A DNA stretch of 64,000 nucleotides from an uncultured Chromatiaceae bacterium (GCA_947085765.1 CAMTXZ010000075.1:7810-71809), one strand, 5' to 3'. Counted from the stretch's first letter, positions 10,371 to 20,373 are shown. The notes: generated by a model from the letters alone, not told the origin. Numbers and translations are program-made.

Positions 10371-10388
10371 ATTACAGAATTGTTACAC
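10371..10388 (-). promoter_or_regulatory. Candidate Pho box (PhoB binding site) upstream of pstC
   Basis: Minus-strand reading GTGTAAC-AATT-CTGTAAT: two 7-bp direct repeats 11 bp apart, resembling the CTGTCAT-A4-CTGTCAT consensus, about 50-65 bp upstream of the pstC ATG. Confidence 0.45.
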
Positions 10389-10672
10389 TCATTTCATCCT
10401 AAGGTTGTCACTTAATTGCTTGATAAAATTTGAAAAACGGCTTAATAGACAATTTTGTGGTCAATATGGGGCAGAGACTCTTGCTGTCAGCCTGATCCTC
10501 TATTAACGCAGTGCAAAGCTGCCGAGTTGGGATACGAAAAACCAGGCGTGGGTACAGTTTAAGCAGCGCCACCTAACGTTTGCCGCAGCGTTGAACTCCG
10601 TTGAATGCCATAGGGTTTTAGTGCTAAAGCGTAATTTACCCTTGGGCTGGCGCTGTTGCACAGGGGTTATCT

Positions 10673-11290
10673 TTATCGATGGCGGGTAGAGACGTGGCTG
10701 TTGATAAGGGCGGATGCCTTGTCACGAATGATGTTGCCATCGATGTCGGAGAGCCAGAGGTGTATCAACCCTTTCATAAAAGTGTAACTGTCGAGGGCGC
10801 AGAGGGCCGGGTCGAGGCCAGGGCGCAACATCTCTTTTGCCTGTGCATTTTCGTACGCGCGGTTGAGTATCTGCATGAAGTTGCAGCCGGTTTTGAGTAC
10901 CCGATTGTCGAGTGAGGCAAATTCGTCGACGTATTCACATTTGAGGATGATGATTTCAAAGGTGGTGCGGGCAATATCATCTTCCTGCAATAATCGGACG
11001 ATTTCGTTCATGCTCTCCTGGATGTTGCGGAGGGGGTCGATCTGGTCGTTGTCAGGCAGGTTTTCGCCGATCTGGTCGATAAGAGGCAGGGAGACCTGCT
11101 CCATCATGGCAAAAAAGAGGTCTGGTTTGTTTTTAAAGTGCCAGTAGATGGCGCCGCGTGTGACACCTGCCGCTTTGGCGATCTGTTCAAGGGTGGTGCG
11201 ACTCACCCCCCGTTCGGCAAATACCTGACGGGCGGCGGTGATAATGTCTTGCCGGGTCTGTTCGGTTTCGGTCTTGTTTTTACGCACCAT
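10673..11290 (-). CDS. TetR/AcrR family transcriptional regulator, last gene of the RND efflux operon
   Basis: N-terminal HTH motif TLEQIAKAAGVTRGAIYWHFKNK. Only 18 bp downstream of the outer-membrane factor gene. Confidence 0.85.
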   Translation of the reverse strand: MVRKNKTETEQTRQDIITAARQVFAERGVSRTTLEQIAKAAGVTRGAIYWHFKNKPDLFFAMMEQVSLPLIDQIGENLPDNDQIDPLRNIQESMNEIVRLLQEDDIARTTFEIIILKCEYVDEFASLDNRVLKTGCNFMQILNRAYENAQAKEMLRPGLDPALCALDSYTFMKGLIHLWLSDIDGNIIRDKASALINSHVSTRHR

Positions 11291-11308
11291 AAATTTAGCC
11301 TATGTCAG

Positions 11309-12757
11309 TTAGTGCTGCGCTAATGGCGCGGTATTGTCTGCGGACCAACCACCGCCTAGCGCCTTCATCAGGTCGATACTGTAGAGCAGTTGCGCCTGAT
11401 GATTTTGCACCAGCGCCTGTTCGGCACTGTTGAGTGTGCGCTGGGCATCGAGTACTTCAAGGTAACTTGAATAGCCGGCGTCGTAACGCATGCGAGACAG
11501 GCGCAAGGCGTTGTGGGCGGCATCGGTTTTGATCTCCAGGTCAGTAACGTTGGCACTGTTCTGTTCAATGTTTGTAAGTGCATCGGCCACTTCCCTGAAG
11601 GCGCTTTCTACCGTCTTTTGATAGCTGGCCAGTGCTTGGCGCTGCACCGCTTCGGCACCGCGATTACGCGCTGAATATTTGCCTGCATCGAAGATTGGCA
11701 GGGTGGCGCCGAGGCCGAGTGACCAGATGCGGGCGCCGCTATTGAATACGTCACCCAGCTCCTTGCTCTGACCACCGAAATAACTGGTGAGCGAGAAGGT
11801 AGGGAGCTGCGCGGCCTTGGTAACGCCGATTCGGGCATTGGCGGCGATCAGTGCTTGTTCTGCCTGGTGTACGTCGGGACGGCGCTCCACCAGTGTCGAG
11901 GGAAGGCCGGCGGGTGGCTGTGTGGCGGTAGGCAGGGTGGCCTGGGGTGCTGCTGCAATCCTCAGGCCGGGTTTACCGCTGATCAGCCCAAGCTGATGCT
12001 CAATCAGTGTCCGTTGCCGTTGCAGTTCGCGCAGCTGTAACGAGACATCACTGCGTGCCACTTGGGCCTGGTTTATGTCCAGCTCCCCGGCAAGTCCACC
12101 CTTGACGCGGCTTTTGATCACGCTCAAAGACTCGTCACGTGCGGTGAGTGTTTCTATGGTGACGGCAATCTGAGCGTCAAGGGCGCGTAGGGTGAAGTAG
12201 GATTGGGCTGTGGTGCCTGCCAGGGTAAGGGCGACTACGTCATGGGCATAACGGCTGCCAAACATTTGCGCCCGGGCCGCCTCTGATGCGCGCCGAAGTT
12301 TGCCCCAGAGATCAATTTCGAAGGAGGTGGAGAGCGCCAGCCTGTTTGAGTTTGTGGTGAGCGGGACTCCTGGAAAGGCAGGCTGGGCATTCATTGAGCT
12401 GGAGCGTGTGCGTGCGCTTGAGGCGCCTAGGTCAATTTGAGGAAAAACACTGGCGCCGGTCTCATCCAGTACCGCCATGGCCTCGTCAATCTGTGCTACC
12501 GCCCTCTGCAGATCCTTGTTGTTGTGCAGTGTGGTTTTAACCAGTTCATTGAGGGTTGCATCGTTATAGAGTCTCCACCAGTCGTGCTGCAGCACCGCTG
12601 CTGCTGTGGTCTCTGCGGGTTGTCCCTCCGTGTAAGCGGCTGGCAGCACAACCTCGGGGCGGCTGTAGTTGGGGCCTACTGTGCAGCCACCGAGCAGGAT
12701 CAGTGCCGTTAAGGCGCTCACTTTTTTCACAGCAGGGAAGGGGCGTTGATAACTCAT
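11309..12757 (-). CDS. Efflux transporter outer membrane factor lipoprotein, NodT/OprM family
   Basis: Lipobox LLGGC. 482 aa. ATGA overlap with the RND gene. Confidence 0.9.
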   Translation of the reverse strand: MSYQRPFPAVKKVSALTALILLGGCTVGPNYSRPEVVLPAAYTEGQPAETTAAAVLQHDWWRLYNDATLNELVKTTLHNNKDLQRAVAQIDEAMAVLDETGASVFPQIDLGASSARTRSSSMNAQPAFPGVPLTTNSNRLALSTSFEIDLWGKLRRASEAARAQMFGSRYAHDVVALTLAGTTAQSYFTLRALDAQIAVTIETLTARDESLSVIKSRVKGGLAGELDINQAQVARSDVSLQLRELQRQRTLIEHQLGLISGKPGLRIAAAPQATLPTATQPPAGLPSTLVERRPDVHQAEQALIAANARIGVTKAAQLPTFSLTSYFGGQSKELGDVFNSGARIWSLGLGATLPIFDAGKYSARNRGAEAVQRQALASYQKTVESAFREVADALTNIEQNSANVTDLEIKTDAAHNALRLSRMRYDAGYSSYLEVLDAQRTLNSAEQALVQNHQAQLLYSIDLMKALGGGWSADNTAPLAQH

Positions 12758-15700
12758 TTTTTATCCTCCTGCACTGCTGCCGGCGGCTGCGTCTCAGGGT
12801 GTTTGTGTGAGGGGCGCGGTTTGCGCGCCAGCAGGGTGAAAAAGAGCGGTACAAAGATTGGCGCGACGAAGGTGGCGATGATCATGCCGCCAAACACACC
12901 ACTGCCCATCGACTGCCTCGCAGCGGCTCCTGCCCCAGTGGCGATGACAAGTGGCACTACGCCAAAGACAAAGGCCAGAGAGGTCATGACGATAGGACGG
13001 AAGCGGAGCCGTGCCGCTTCCAGTGCGGCATCAACAGCGCTCAAACCCTCTTCCATGCCCTGCATGGCAAACTCGGCGATCAGGATGGCATTTTTTGCCG
13101 CCAGTCCGATCAGTACCACCAGACCAATCTGGAAGTAGATGTCGTTATTGAGTCCGCGCAGATAGACAAAACCCAGCGCCCCAGCAATCGCAAACGGTAC
13201 TGCCAGTAGCACCGCCACCGGTACACCCCAGCGTTCATAGAGTGCTGCGAGTATCAGGTAGACCATGATAAGTGCAAAGCCAAAGGCAAATACTGAGGCG
13301 CTGCCGGTGCGCTTCTCCTGAAATGCCTGGCCGGTCCACTCCATGTCATACCCCTTGGGTAAATTCTCTTTTGCCACCTGTTCGACGGCGGCGATGGCGT
13401 CACCAGAGCTGAAGCCGGCCTTGGCGCTGCCAAAGACCTTGGCGGCGATGTAACCGTTGTAACGCTCTATCTGCTCGGGTCCGATGATACGTTCAACCGT
13501 GATCAGCGCCTTGAGTGGAATCATGGCGTTAGTGGTGGTGGAACGTACATAAATATTGCCGATATCCTCTGGTTTGGCGCGGTACTGGGCATCCGCCTGG
13601 ATGGTGACATGATAGGTACGCCCCAGTTTGTTGAAGTCGTTGACGTAGAGTGACCCCATCTGTGCCTGCAGGGCAGTAAACAGATCATTCACTGGCACGC
13701 CGAGTGCGAGTGCCTTCTCCCGATCTACATCAACACGCAGTTGCGGTACCGTGGGGCGGTAGAGGGTTCTCAACCCCTCCAGCGCCGGGTTTTGTCCGAG
13801 GGCGGCGATGAAGTCGTTAGTCACCTGTGCCAGCCGTTGTGGGTCAGGGTCTACGCGACCACGGACATAGACTTCAAAACCACCTGTGGCGCCCAGGCCA
13901 CGAATGGCAGGTGGGTTGATGGCGAAGGCGAGGCCATCCGGCAGCATCATGCCCTTGCCACTTACCTCTTGCACCAGCTCCTGCGCGGTCTGTTGGCGAT
14001 CTTCCCACGGTTTGAGTGGCATGAAGATGGTGGCGGAATTGCTCTTGCTGCTGCTACTGATGAGATCAAAGCCGTTGACGATGAAAATATTCGAAATAGC
14101 CTCATTGTTGACCATCATGCCGCGTAGCTGGGCAGTTGTCTTCATGGTGCGTTCAAGCGTGGCGCCGTCAGGCAGCATCACAACACTGACGATGTAACCT
14201 TGGTCTTCTTCGGGTACAAAACTGCCAGGTACCCGCATAAACAGCAGGGCAACGCCAACGAGTAGCAATATAAAGAGTGACATGGCTGCAATGCGCCAGT
14301 GCAGCGCCAGGTTGACGGCGCCGAGGTAACGCCGGGTTATCCAGCCAAAACCACGGTTAAAGAGTTTGAATAGTCTGTTGGGTTCGTGGTCACCTGGCGA
14401 ATGTGGTTTGAGCAGCATCGCACACAGGGCCGGGGTGAGGGTTAGCGCCACCACGCCGGAGAGCACCACGGCAATCGCTACGGTGACTGCAAACTGGCGG
14501 TAGAGTTGACCGGCGATACCACCGAGGAAGGCGACAGGGATAAAGACCGCCACCAGCGCCAGCACGATACCGATAACGGCGTTTTGCACCTCCCGCATCG
14601 CCTCGACTGCGGCGTCAAAGGGTTTGAGCAGCCGCTCGCGCATCAGCCGTTCGACGTTTTCCAGCACCACGATGGCGTCATCCACCACGATCCCCACTGC
14701 CAGCACCATGGCAAAGAGGGTGAGGGTGTTGATCGAGAAACCAAAGAGCCAGAGACCGGCGAAGGTGCCGATCAGTGATACCGGGACGGCGATCATCGGG
14801 ATCAACGTGGCGCGCCAGCTCTGCAGAAAGACAAATACCACCAGCAGTACGATAACGGCGGCTTCGAGCAGTGTTGTCAGGACGCTGCGGATGGAGGCGG
14901 TGACAAACAGAGTTGTGTCATAAGGGATGATGTAGTCAACATCTTCGGGGAACTGCTCGTTTTTAATCTGCTCCATCTTTGCCCGAACGGCATCGGCGAC
15001 ATCAAGCGCATTGGCGCCAGATTGCAGGAATACCGGCAAGGCGATGGCGGGCATACCGTTAACGCTGTTGGACTGGTCATAACTCTGGGCGCCAAGCTCG
15101 ATACGTGCCACATCCTTGAGTCGCAACACACCATGGGGACCGTCGGAGCGGAGGATGATCTGGCCAAACTCCTCCGGTTGCTGCATGCGACCACGGGTGG
15201 TGACTGTATACACCAGCTGCTGCCCTTCAGGTGCGGGGTCAGCGCCGATCTTGCCCGCGGCATATTGGGTATTCTGGGCGTTGATGGCGTTGGTAATATC
15301 GCTAGTGGTGAGGCCAAGCTGAGCCATGCGGTCCGGCTTGAGCCAGATACGCATCGAGTAGTCGCGTGCGCCAAAGATGATGACATCTGCCACGCCGGGA
15401 ATCCGCTTGAGTTCATCGGCGATATTGAGGCTGGCGTAGTTGGAGAGGTAGAGCATGTCGTAAGTGCTCTTGGGCGAGTTGAGCGCCACTACCAGAAGGA
15501 TGTTCTGTGACCGTTTAGCCACGGTCACACCGTTACGGCGTACCTCTTCGGGCAGGCGTGGCGTGGCGAGCTGTACCCGGTTATTGATGTTAAAGGTAGC
15601 CTTGTCAACGTCGGTGCCGACCTCAAACGTCGCGGTAATAGAAAGTGTGCCGTTGGAGGCCGCTGTTGAGTTGAAGTAGAGCAGGTTCTCCACCCCGGAG

Positions 15701-15906
15701 AGCTGCTGTTCAATCGGTGCTGCTACCGTTTTGGAGAGAGTCTCTGCCGAAGCACCAGGGTAGACAGCTGTGATTGTCACCGTTGGCGGAGCAATCTCGG
15801 GGTACTGGGCAATGGGCAGAATGCTTGCGGCTACCAGGCCCGCAAGCATCAGGATGATGGCCAGCACTGTGGCAAAGATGGGGCGTTCTATAAAAAATCT
15901 GGACAT
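12754..15906 (-). CDS. RND multidrug efflux permease, HAE1 family (AcrB/MexB-like)
   Basis: 1050 aa with 12-TM RND architecture and an N-terminus typical of AcrB-like pumps. Confidence 0.92.
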   Translation of the reverse strand: MSRFFIERPIFATVLAIILMLAGLVAASILPIAQYPEIAPPTVTITAVYPGASAETLSKTVAAPIEQQLSGVENLLYFNSTAASNGTLSITATFEVGTDVDKATFNINNRVQLATPRLPEEVRRNGVTVAKRSQNILLVVALNSPKSTYDMLYLSNYASLNIADELKRIPGVADVIIFGARDYSMRIWLKPDRMAQLGLTTSDITNAINAQNTQYAAGKIGADPAPEGQQLVYTVTTRGRMQQPEEFGQIILRSDGPHGVLRLKDVARIELGAQSYDQSNSVNGMPAIALPVFLQSGANALDVADAVRAKMEQIKNEQFPEDVDYIIPYDTTLFVTASIRSVLTTLLEAAVIVLLVVFVFLQSWRATLIPMIAVPVSLIGTFAGLWLFGFSINTLTLFAMVLAVGIVVDDAIVVLENVERLMRERLLKPFDAAVEAMREVQNAVIGIVLALVAVFIPVAFLGGIAGQLYRQFAVTVAIAVVLSGVVALTLTPALCAMLLKPHSPGDHEPNRLFKLFNRGFGWITRRYLGAVNLALHWRIAAMSLFILLLVGVALLFMRVPGSFVPEEDQGYIVSVVMLPDGATLERTMKTTAQLRGMMVNNEAISNIFIVNGFDLISSSSKSNSATIFMPLKPWEDRQQTAQELVQEVSGKGMMLPDGLAFAINPPAIRGLGATGGFEVYVRGRVDPDPQRLAQVTNDFIAALGQNPALEGLRTLYRPTVPQLRVDVDREKALALGVPVNDLFTALQAQMGSLYVNDFNKLGRTYHVTIQADAQYRAKPEDIGNIYVRSTTTNAMIPLKALITVERIIGPEQIERYNGYIAAKVFGSAKAGFSSGDAIAAVEQVAKENLPKGYDMEWTGQAFQEKRTGSASVFAFGFALIMVYLILAALYERWGVPVAVLLAVPFAIAGALGFVYLRGLNNDIYFQIGLVVLIGLAAKNAILIAEFAMQGMEEGLSAVDAALEAARLRFRPIVMTSLAFVFGVVPLVIATGAGAAARQSMGSGVFGGMIIATFVAPIFVPLFFTLLARKPRPSHKHPETQPPAAVQEDKK

Positions 15907-15949
15907 GGCTTGGGATTCGCTCTGTTGCGGCTCTGCTTAACAGTGATGG

Positions 15950-17140
15950 TTAGTGCTTGGCGCCAGCCATCGGCCCGGCGGGCATCTCTCCCGGCGCATG
16001 GGGCGCCACTGCGGCGCCAGGACGCATCTTCATCAGATTATCGATGATCACCTTGTCATCAGGAGCGAGTCCTTTGGTCACCACCCAGTTCTGCCCGGAC
16101 CAGCCATCGGTCTCTACCGGGCGCGGCGCTACCGTGTTTTCGGGGGTAACGGTGAACAGCATGTTGCCTTGTTCGGTCTGCGCCACGGCCGCATGGGGTA
16201 TCAGGTAGGCCTCACGCTCACCAACACGGACCTGGACGCGGACAAACTGCCCAGGCAACAACAGATGGTCAGGGTTGGGGAACTCGGCGCGCATCTCTAC
16301 CATGCCAGTGCGGTTATCCACCGTTGAGGCGGAGAAGTTGAGCTTGCCGGGGATTTGGTAGTTGCTGCCATCCGCCATAATTAATGTCACTTCACTACTG
16401 GCCTTGCTCTTGCGTAGTTGCAATGATTCACTTTCGGAAAAGGAGAAACGCACCCAGATTGGGTCGTTGATATGTATGGTCGTCAGTGGTGTTGATTGGT
16501 TGCCGGCAGTGATCAGAGTACCTTGGGAGAATTGTGCGCGATCAGTCACCCCTGATATTGGTGCTGTCACCTTGGTGTAGGAGAGATTTAACTCTGCATC
16601 GCGTAGTTTTGCGGCATTTATCTGTTGTGATGCCAGGGCCTCTTGCAGTGCCGTGTTGGCGTTGTCTAGTTCTCTGCTGCTGATAGCCTTTTCCGCCACT
16701 AGTGGTTTGAGCCGGCCTGCCTCACGCTGTGTCTGTTCCAGATTGGCCTTGTCCTGGGCCAGCGCCGCCTTGGCCTGAGACAGTGCAATTTCAAAAGGTG
16801 TACGATCGATGGTGAACAGTATTGCTCCAGCCTTGACTCGCGCGCCTTCCGTATAGTGCTGCTGCATCAAAATTCCAGAGACACGGGCACGCACCTCTAC
16901 ATCTTTTGATCCCTCCGTCTGGCCCACCGTCTCGATGAGGGTAGGAACCGATTCTGGTTGCACTGTAATCACACTCACCGGCATGGCGGGCATCTCTGCC
17001 TTTCCAGGTCCCGTTTCAGCGGTTGGGTTGTCTTTGGAGCAGCCGCTCAAAAGGGCGATCAGTACCATGGCGCCAGCCACTGAACGTAATTGAGAGCGTC
17101 TGTTTTGAGGGGAGTAAAAGCTGACTGGGAAAAGTGCCAT
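15950..17140 (-). CDS. RND efflux periplasmic adaptor (membrane fusion protein, AcrA/MexA family). The start is uncertain: candidates are 17185, 17140 and 17068
   Basis: Lipobox LLSGC preceded by RRSQLRS. Coiled-coil and beta-barrel regions typical of MFPs. None of the candidate starts has a strong SD. Confidence 0.85.
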   Translation of the reverse strand: MALFPVSFYSPQNRRSQLRSVAGAMVLIALLSGCSKDNPTAETGPGKAEMPAMPVSVITVQPESVPTLIETVGQTEGSKDVEVRARVSGILMQQHYTEGARVKAGAILFTIDRTPFEIALSQAKAALAQDKANLEQTQREAGRLKPLVAEKAISSRELDNANTALQEALASQQINAAKLRDAELNLSYTKVTAPISGVTDRAQFSQGTLITAGNQSTPLTTIHINDPIWVRFSFSESESLQLRKSKASSEVTLIMADGSNYQIPGKLNFSASTVDNRTGMVEMRAEFPNPDHLLLPGQFVRVQVRVGEREAYLIPHAAVAQTEQGNMLFTVTPENTVAPRPVETDGWSGQNWVVTKGLAPDDKVIIDNLMKMRPGAAVAPHAPGEMPAGPMAGAKH

Positions 17141-17181
17141 GACGTATGCCCGTGTGAGATTAAAGGCTGGATTATACACAA

Positions 17182-17195
17182 ACATACGTGTATGT
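17182..17195. promoter_or_regulatory. Perfect 6-bp-arm inverted repeat ACATAC-GT-GTATGT in the efflux operon/dsbC divergent promoter region; candidate TetR-type operator
   Basis: Palindrome read directly, at or just upstream of the adaptor gene start. Confidence 0.3.
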
Positions 17196-17350
17196 ATACT
17201 CGCAGGGCCACCCTAATGGGCGCGAAGGATGAGGGTATGTTTATTGGAGGAAGCCGCTTGATAAGCGTCGCACAAATCAATGGCAGGTTCTCGGGGCTGA
17301 TGTTTCTGTTTGAGCTGGAGCGTTTTTCAGCTGTAGTGGAACTCTATAGG

Positions 17351-17356
17351 TATAAT
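17351..17356 (+). promoter_or_regulatory. Candidate sigma-70 -10 hexamer (TATAAT) for dsbC
   Basis: Perfect TATAAT 42 bp upstream of the dsbC ATG. Confidence 0.35.
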
Positions 17357-17397
17357 GCGTTCACAACTGTAACTAAGTGAATTAAGGAATGTTTAGG

Positions 17398-18117
17398 ATG
17401 AAGTCTCGAATTTTGCTGTTGGCCTCTCTGTTGGTGTTGGCGTTGTGGAATCCGGCCTGGGCCGCCGATGAAGTGACACAGGTACGGAATGCGGTGGCCA
17501 AGATTGTGCCGGGCATGGCGCCAGACTCAATTGTGAAGAGCAGTGTGCCAGGTTTCTATGAGGTGGTTTATGGGGCGGATATCTTTTATGTCTCGGCCGA
17601 TGGGCGATATCTGCTTAATGGCAGTGTAATTGACCTGAAAGATGGCAAAAATCTGTCAGAGGTAAAGCGTGGCCAGGGGCGTCTTAAGATGATCTCTGAA
17701 ATAGATCAGAAATCGATGATTGTATATAGCCCGAAGCAGGTCAAACATCGAGTGACAGTGTTTACTGATATCGATTGCCAGTATTGTCGTCGTCTACATC
17801 AGGAGATGGCAGAGTTAAATGGTATGGGCATTGAGGTGCGTTATCTGCTCTTCCCACGGGCCGGTGTAGGCTCTAAATCCTATGATAAGGCAGTGACAGC
17901 ATGGTGCTCAGCCAATCAGCAACAGGCACTGACCGATTTAAAGGCTGGTAAAAACCTGCCCAATAAGACCTGTGACAACCCGCTTGATAAACATATGGCG
18001 CTGGTCGAGAAGCTGGGCATCACGGGCACGCCGACCATGGTTCTGGAGGATGGCAGCATGATCCCGGGTTATGTGCCAGCAGCGCGTTTGCTGGCGGCGT
18101 TGGAAGGCAAAGAGTAG
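17398..18117 (+). CDS. dsbC: Thiol:disulfide interchange protein, DsbC/DsbG family
   Basis: Signal peptide ending AWA. Thioredoxin-fold CxxC (CQYC). About 239 aa. The ORF track start at 17389 has its SD abutting the ATG, so 17398 is preferred. Confidence 0.8.
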   Translation: MKSRILLLASLLVLALWNPAWAADEVTQVRNAVAKIVPGMAPDSIVKSSVPGFYEVVYGADIFYVSADGRYLLNGSVIDLKDGKNLSEVKRGQGRLKMISEIDQKSMIVYSPKQVKHRVTVFTDIDCQYCRRLHQEMAELNGMGIEVRYLLFPRAGVGSKSYDKAVTAWCSANQQQALTDLKAGKNLPNKTCDNPLDKHMALVEKLGITGTPTMVLEDGSMIPGYVPAARLLAALEGKE

Positions 18118-18164
18118 GTAGAGTGGCCGCCGCCAACGCAATGTTGGCAGGCGGCACTGTTTGG

Positions 18165-18665
18165 TCAGGCGCGGCGCCGGTAGAGGGGCAGTGGTTCGTC
18201 GGATGAAGCCTGATATTTGACGCTGATCTCATTAAAGGCGTTGAGTGCATCTTCAATCTTCTGCGTCGGATCGATCTCAAAGGCATCAAAACCGGCGCGC
18301 GCCATGTAACCCAGTTGATCACGTAGCACATTACCGACTGCACGCAGCTCGCCGGTGTAACCATAATGTTGACGCAAGGCACTGGCCATGGAGTAGCTGC
18401 GGCCGTCCCGGAAGCTTGGGAACTGTAAGGCAATGATGGCAAAGTGTGAAAGATAGGCACTTATATCGGCCACATCATGATCACTATTCAAACGTATTCC
18501 TAGCACTCCTGTGTGTTGCAATAACTGCTCTTTATCGGTTTGCCAGAGTGCCAGTGGCACAATGATATTGCCAGTGGGCAGTGGAGTCGCTTCGACACCT
18601 TCGACAATGTCGGGGATGTGTTGCCACTGATCTTCAACGATCTGGTGGTTCTTAATGATCTGCAT
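18165..18665 (-). CDS. DUF934-family protein, the conserved partner of CysI-type sulfite reductase
   Basis: Overlaps the sulfite reductase stop by 14 nt. The internal Met MQIIKNHQ has an SD, whereas the track start at 18773 lies inside the upstream gene. Confidence 0.7.
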   Translation of the reverse strand: MQIIKNHQIVEDQWQHIPDIVEGVEATPLPTGNIIVPLALWQTDKEQLLQHTGVLGIRLNSDHDVADISAYLSHFAIIALQFPSFRDGRSYSMASALRQHYGYTGELRAVGNVLRDQLGYMARAGFDAFEIDPTQKIEDALNAFNEISVKYQASSDEPLPLYRRRA

Positions 18666-20373
18666 AGACACGCTCTTGAAAAGGTACGATTCCGATGCGT
18701 TGGAAAGTATCGATAAACTGCTCGCCTTCAATCCTCTGTTCGACATAGACATGGGCGATATTTTCGACGGCATCCGCTACTTCATCCTTGGAGACAGCAC
18801 GTCCCAGGCGCTGGCCTAGCTCGGCAGTAGTCTCGGCGTAGCCGCCCAGTGTTAACTGGTACCACTCTTCACCCTTTTTATCGACGCCGAGAATGCCGAT
18901 GTGGCCGATGGCATGGTGGGCGCAGCCGTTCATGCAGCCTGACATTTTAAGTCTGATCTCGCCGAGATCGTAGAGATAGTCAAGATTATCGAAACGGCGC
19001 TGGATCATGTCGGCAACGTCGATGGAGCTGGCATTGGCCAGTTCGCAGAAATCGAGACCAGGGCAGCAGATCATGTCATTGAGCGTGCCGATAGTCGGTG
19101 TTGCCAAGCCATGCTGGTGCAGTGACTGCCACAGGGGATAGAGGTCACCCTGTTTGATATCACTCAATACCAGGTTCTGTTCGTAGGTGCTCCGGATCAG
19201 TCCGGCACTGTAGCGGTCAGCGAGTTCGGCCGCCAGGTCCATCTGTTTGTCGGTGATGTCGCCCGGCGCTATACCCGGCGCTTTTAGTGAGATAAAAACA
19301 CCGCGATAACCGTCTACCTTATGGTCGAAGGTGTTGTATTTGAGCCAGCGGGAAAAGTCGCTGCTGTTGTTGGCATAGCCTTCGTGGCGTTTGTCAGCCG
19401 CCGCGCTCACATCATAGGGCAGTGGGGCGAAGAATGCTTTGACACGATTGATCTCAGCCGTATCAAGGATGAGTTTATCCTTGTTATTGTTCCACTCCTT
19501 ATCAACCAGTGCCCGAAACGCCTCCATGCCCATCGCGCTGACAAGAATCTTGATACGGGCTTTATACTTATTGTCACGCCGCCCTTTGAGGTTGTAGACA
19601 CGCACAATGGCTTCCAGGTAGGAGAGCAGATGTTGCTTCTCAAGGAAGGGGCGAATGGTCTGGCCGATGATGGGGGTGCGGCCGAGACCACCGCCCACAC
19701 TGACTTGAAAGCCAATATCGCCGATCTCATTTTTGACCAGTCGCAGGCCAATGTCATGGACCAGAGTGGCGGCACGGTCACGGCTGGCCCCAGTGACCGC
19801 GATTTTGAATTTGCGTGGCAGATAGGCAAATTCAGGGTGCAAGGTGCTCCACTGGCGAATGATTTCGCAATAAGGCCGTGGGTCTTCCAGCTCATCGGCG
19901 GCAACGCCCGCCAGTGGGTCGGTTGTGGTATTGCGAATACAGTTGCCGCTGGTCTGGATGGCATGCATCTGCACCGAGGCCAGATCAGCAAGGATGTCGG
20001 GCACCGTTTCCAACTTAGGCCAGTTGAACTGGATGTTCTGGCGGGTAGTGAAGTGGCCGTAGCCTTTGTCATATTTGCGGGCAATGTGCGCCAGCATCCG
20101 CATCTGATCGGATGAAAAGAGGCCATAAGGGATGGCGATGCGCAGCATAGGTGCATGGGTTTGTATGTAAAGACCATTCATCAGACGCAGCGCCATAAAT
20201 TCGTCGGCACCCAGCTCACCCGCCAGATAGCGCTGAGTCTGGTCGCGGAATTGGCTCACACGCTCATCAACCAGCCGTTGATCATACTGGTCGTAGATGT
20301 ACATGCCAGGACGCTGGGTGCTAGTGCGGGCGGGCAGGGGCACTGCCGGGGCTATGTTCTGGATTTGACTCAT
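18652..20373 (-). CDS. cysI: Assimilatory sulfite reductase hemoprotein, nitrite/sulfite reductase family (CysI-like, ferredoxin/NADPH type)
   Basis: 573 aa. Siroheme and 4Fe-4S cysteine motifs CCPGLDFC and SGCMNGC. Two NIR_SIR repeats. Confidence 0.85.
   Translation of the reverse strand: MSQIQNIAPAVPLPARTSTQRPGMYIYDQYDQRLVDERVSQFRDQTQRYLAGELGADEFMALRLMNGLYIQTHAPMLRIAIPYGLFSSDQMRMLAHIARKYDKGYGHFTTRQNIQFNWPKLETVPDILADLASVQMHAIQTSGNCIRNTTTDPLAGVAADELEDPRPYCEIIRQWSTLHPEFAYLPRKFKIAVTGASRDRAATLVHDIGLRLVKNEIGDIGFQVSVGGGLGRTPIIGQTIRPFLEKQHLLSYLEAIVRVYNLKGRRDNKYKARIKILVSAMGMEAFRALVDKEWNNNKDKLILDTAEINRVKAFFAPLPYDVSAAADKRHEGYANNSSDFSRWLKYNTFDHKVDGYRGVFISLKAPGIAPGDITDKQMDLAAELADRYSAGLIRSTYEQNLVLSDIKQGDLYPLWQSLHQHGLATPTIGTLNDMICCPGLDFCELANASSIDVADMIQRRFDNLDYLYDLGEIRLKMSGCMNGCAHHAIGHIGILGVDKKGEEWYQLTLGGYAETTAELGQRLGRAVSKDEVADAVENIAHVYVEQRIEGEQFIDTFQRIGIVPFQERVYADH

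Noticed and set aside
18666-18773. N-terminal extension of the DUF934 ORF
   Set aside because: It overlaps about 120 nt of the cysI C-terminus. The internal Met with an SD gives the usual short overlap seen for this gene pair
19321-20177. Two long ORFs (264 and 256 aa) in alternative frames within the cysI region
   Set aside because: They are embedded in or antisense to the strongly supported sulfite reductase CDS. They are typical high-GC overprinting artifacts with no independent signals
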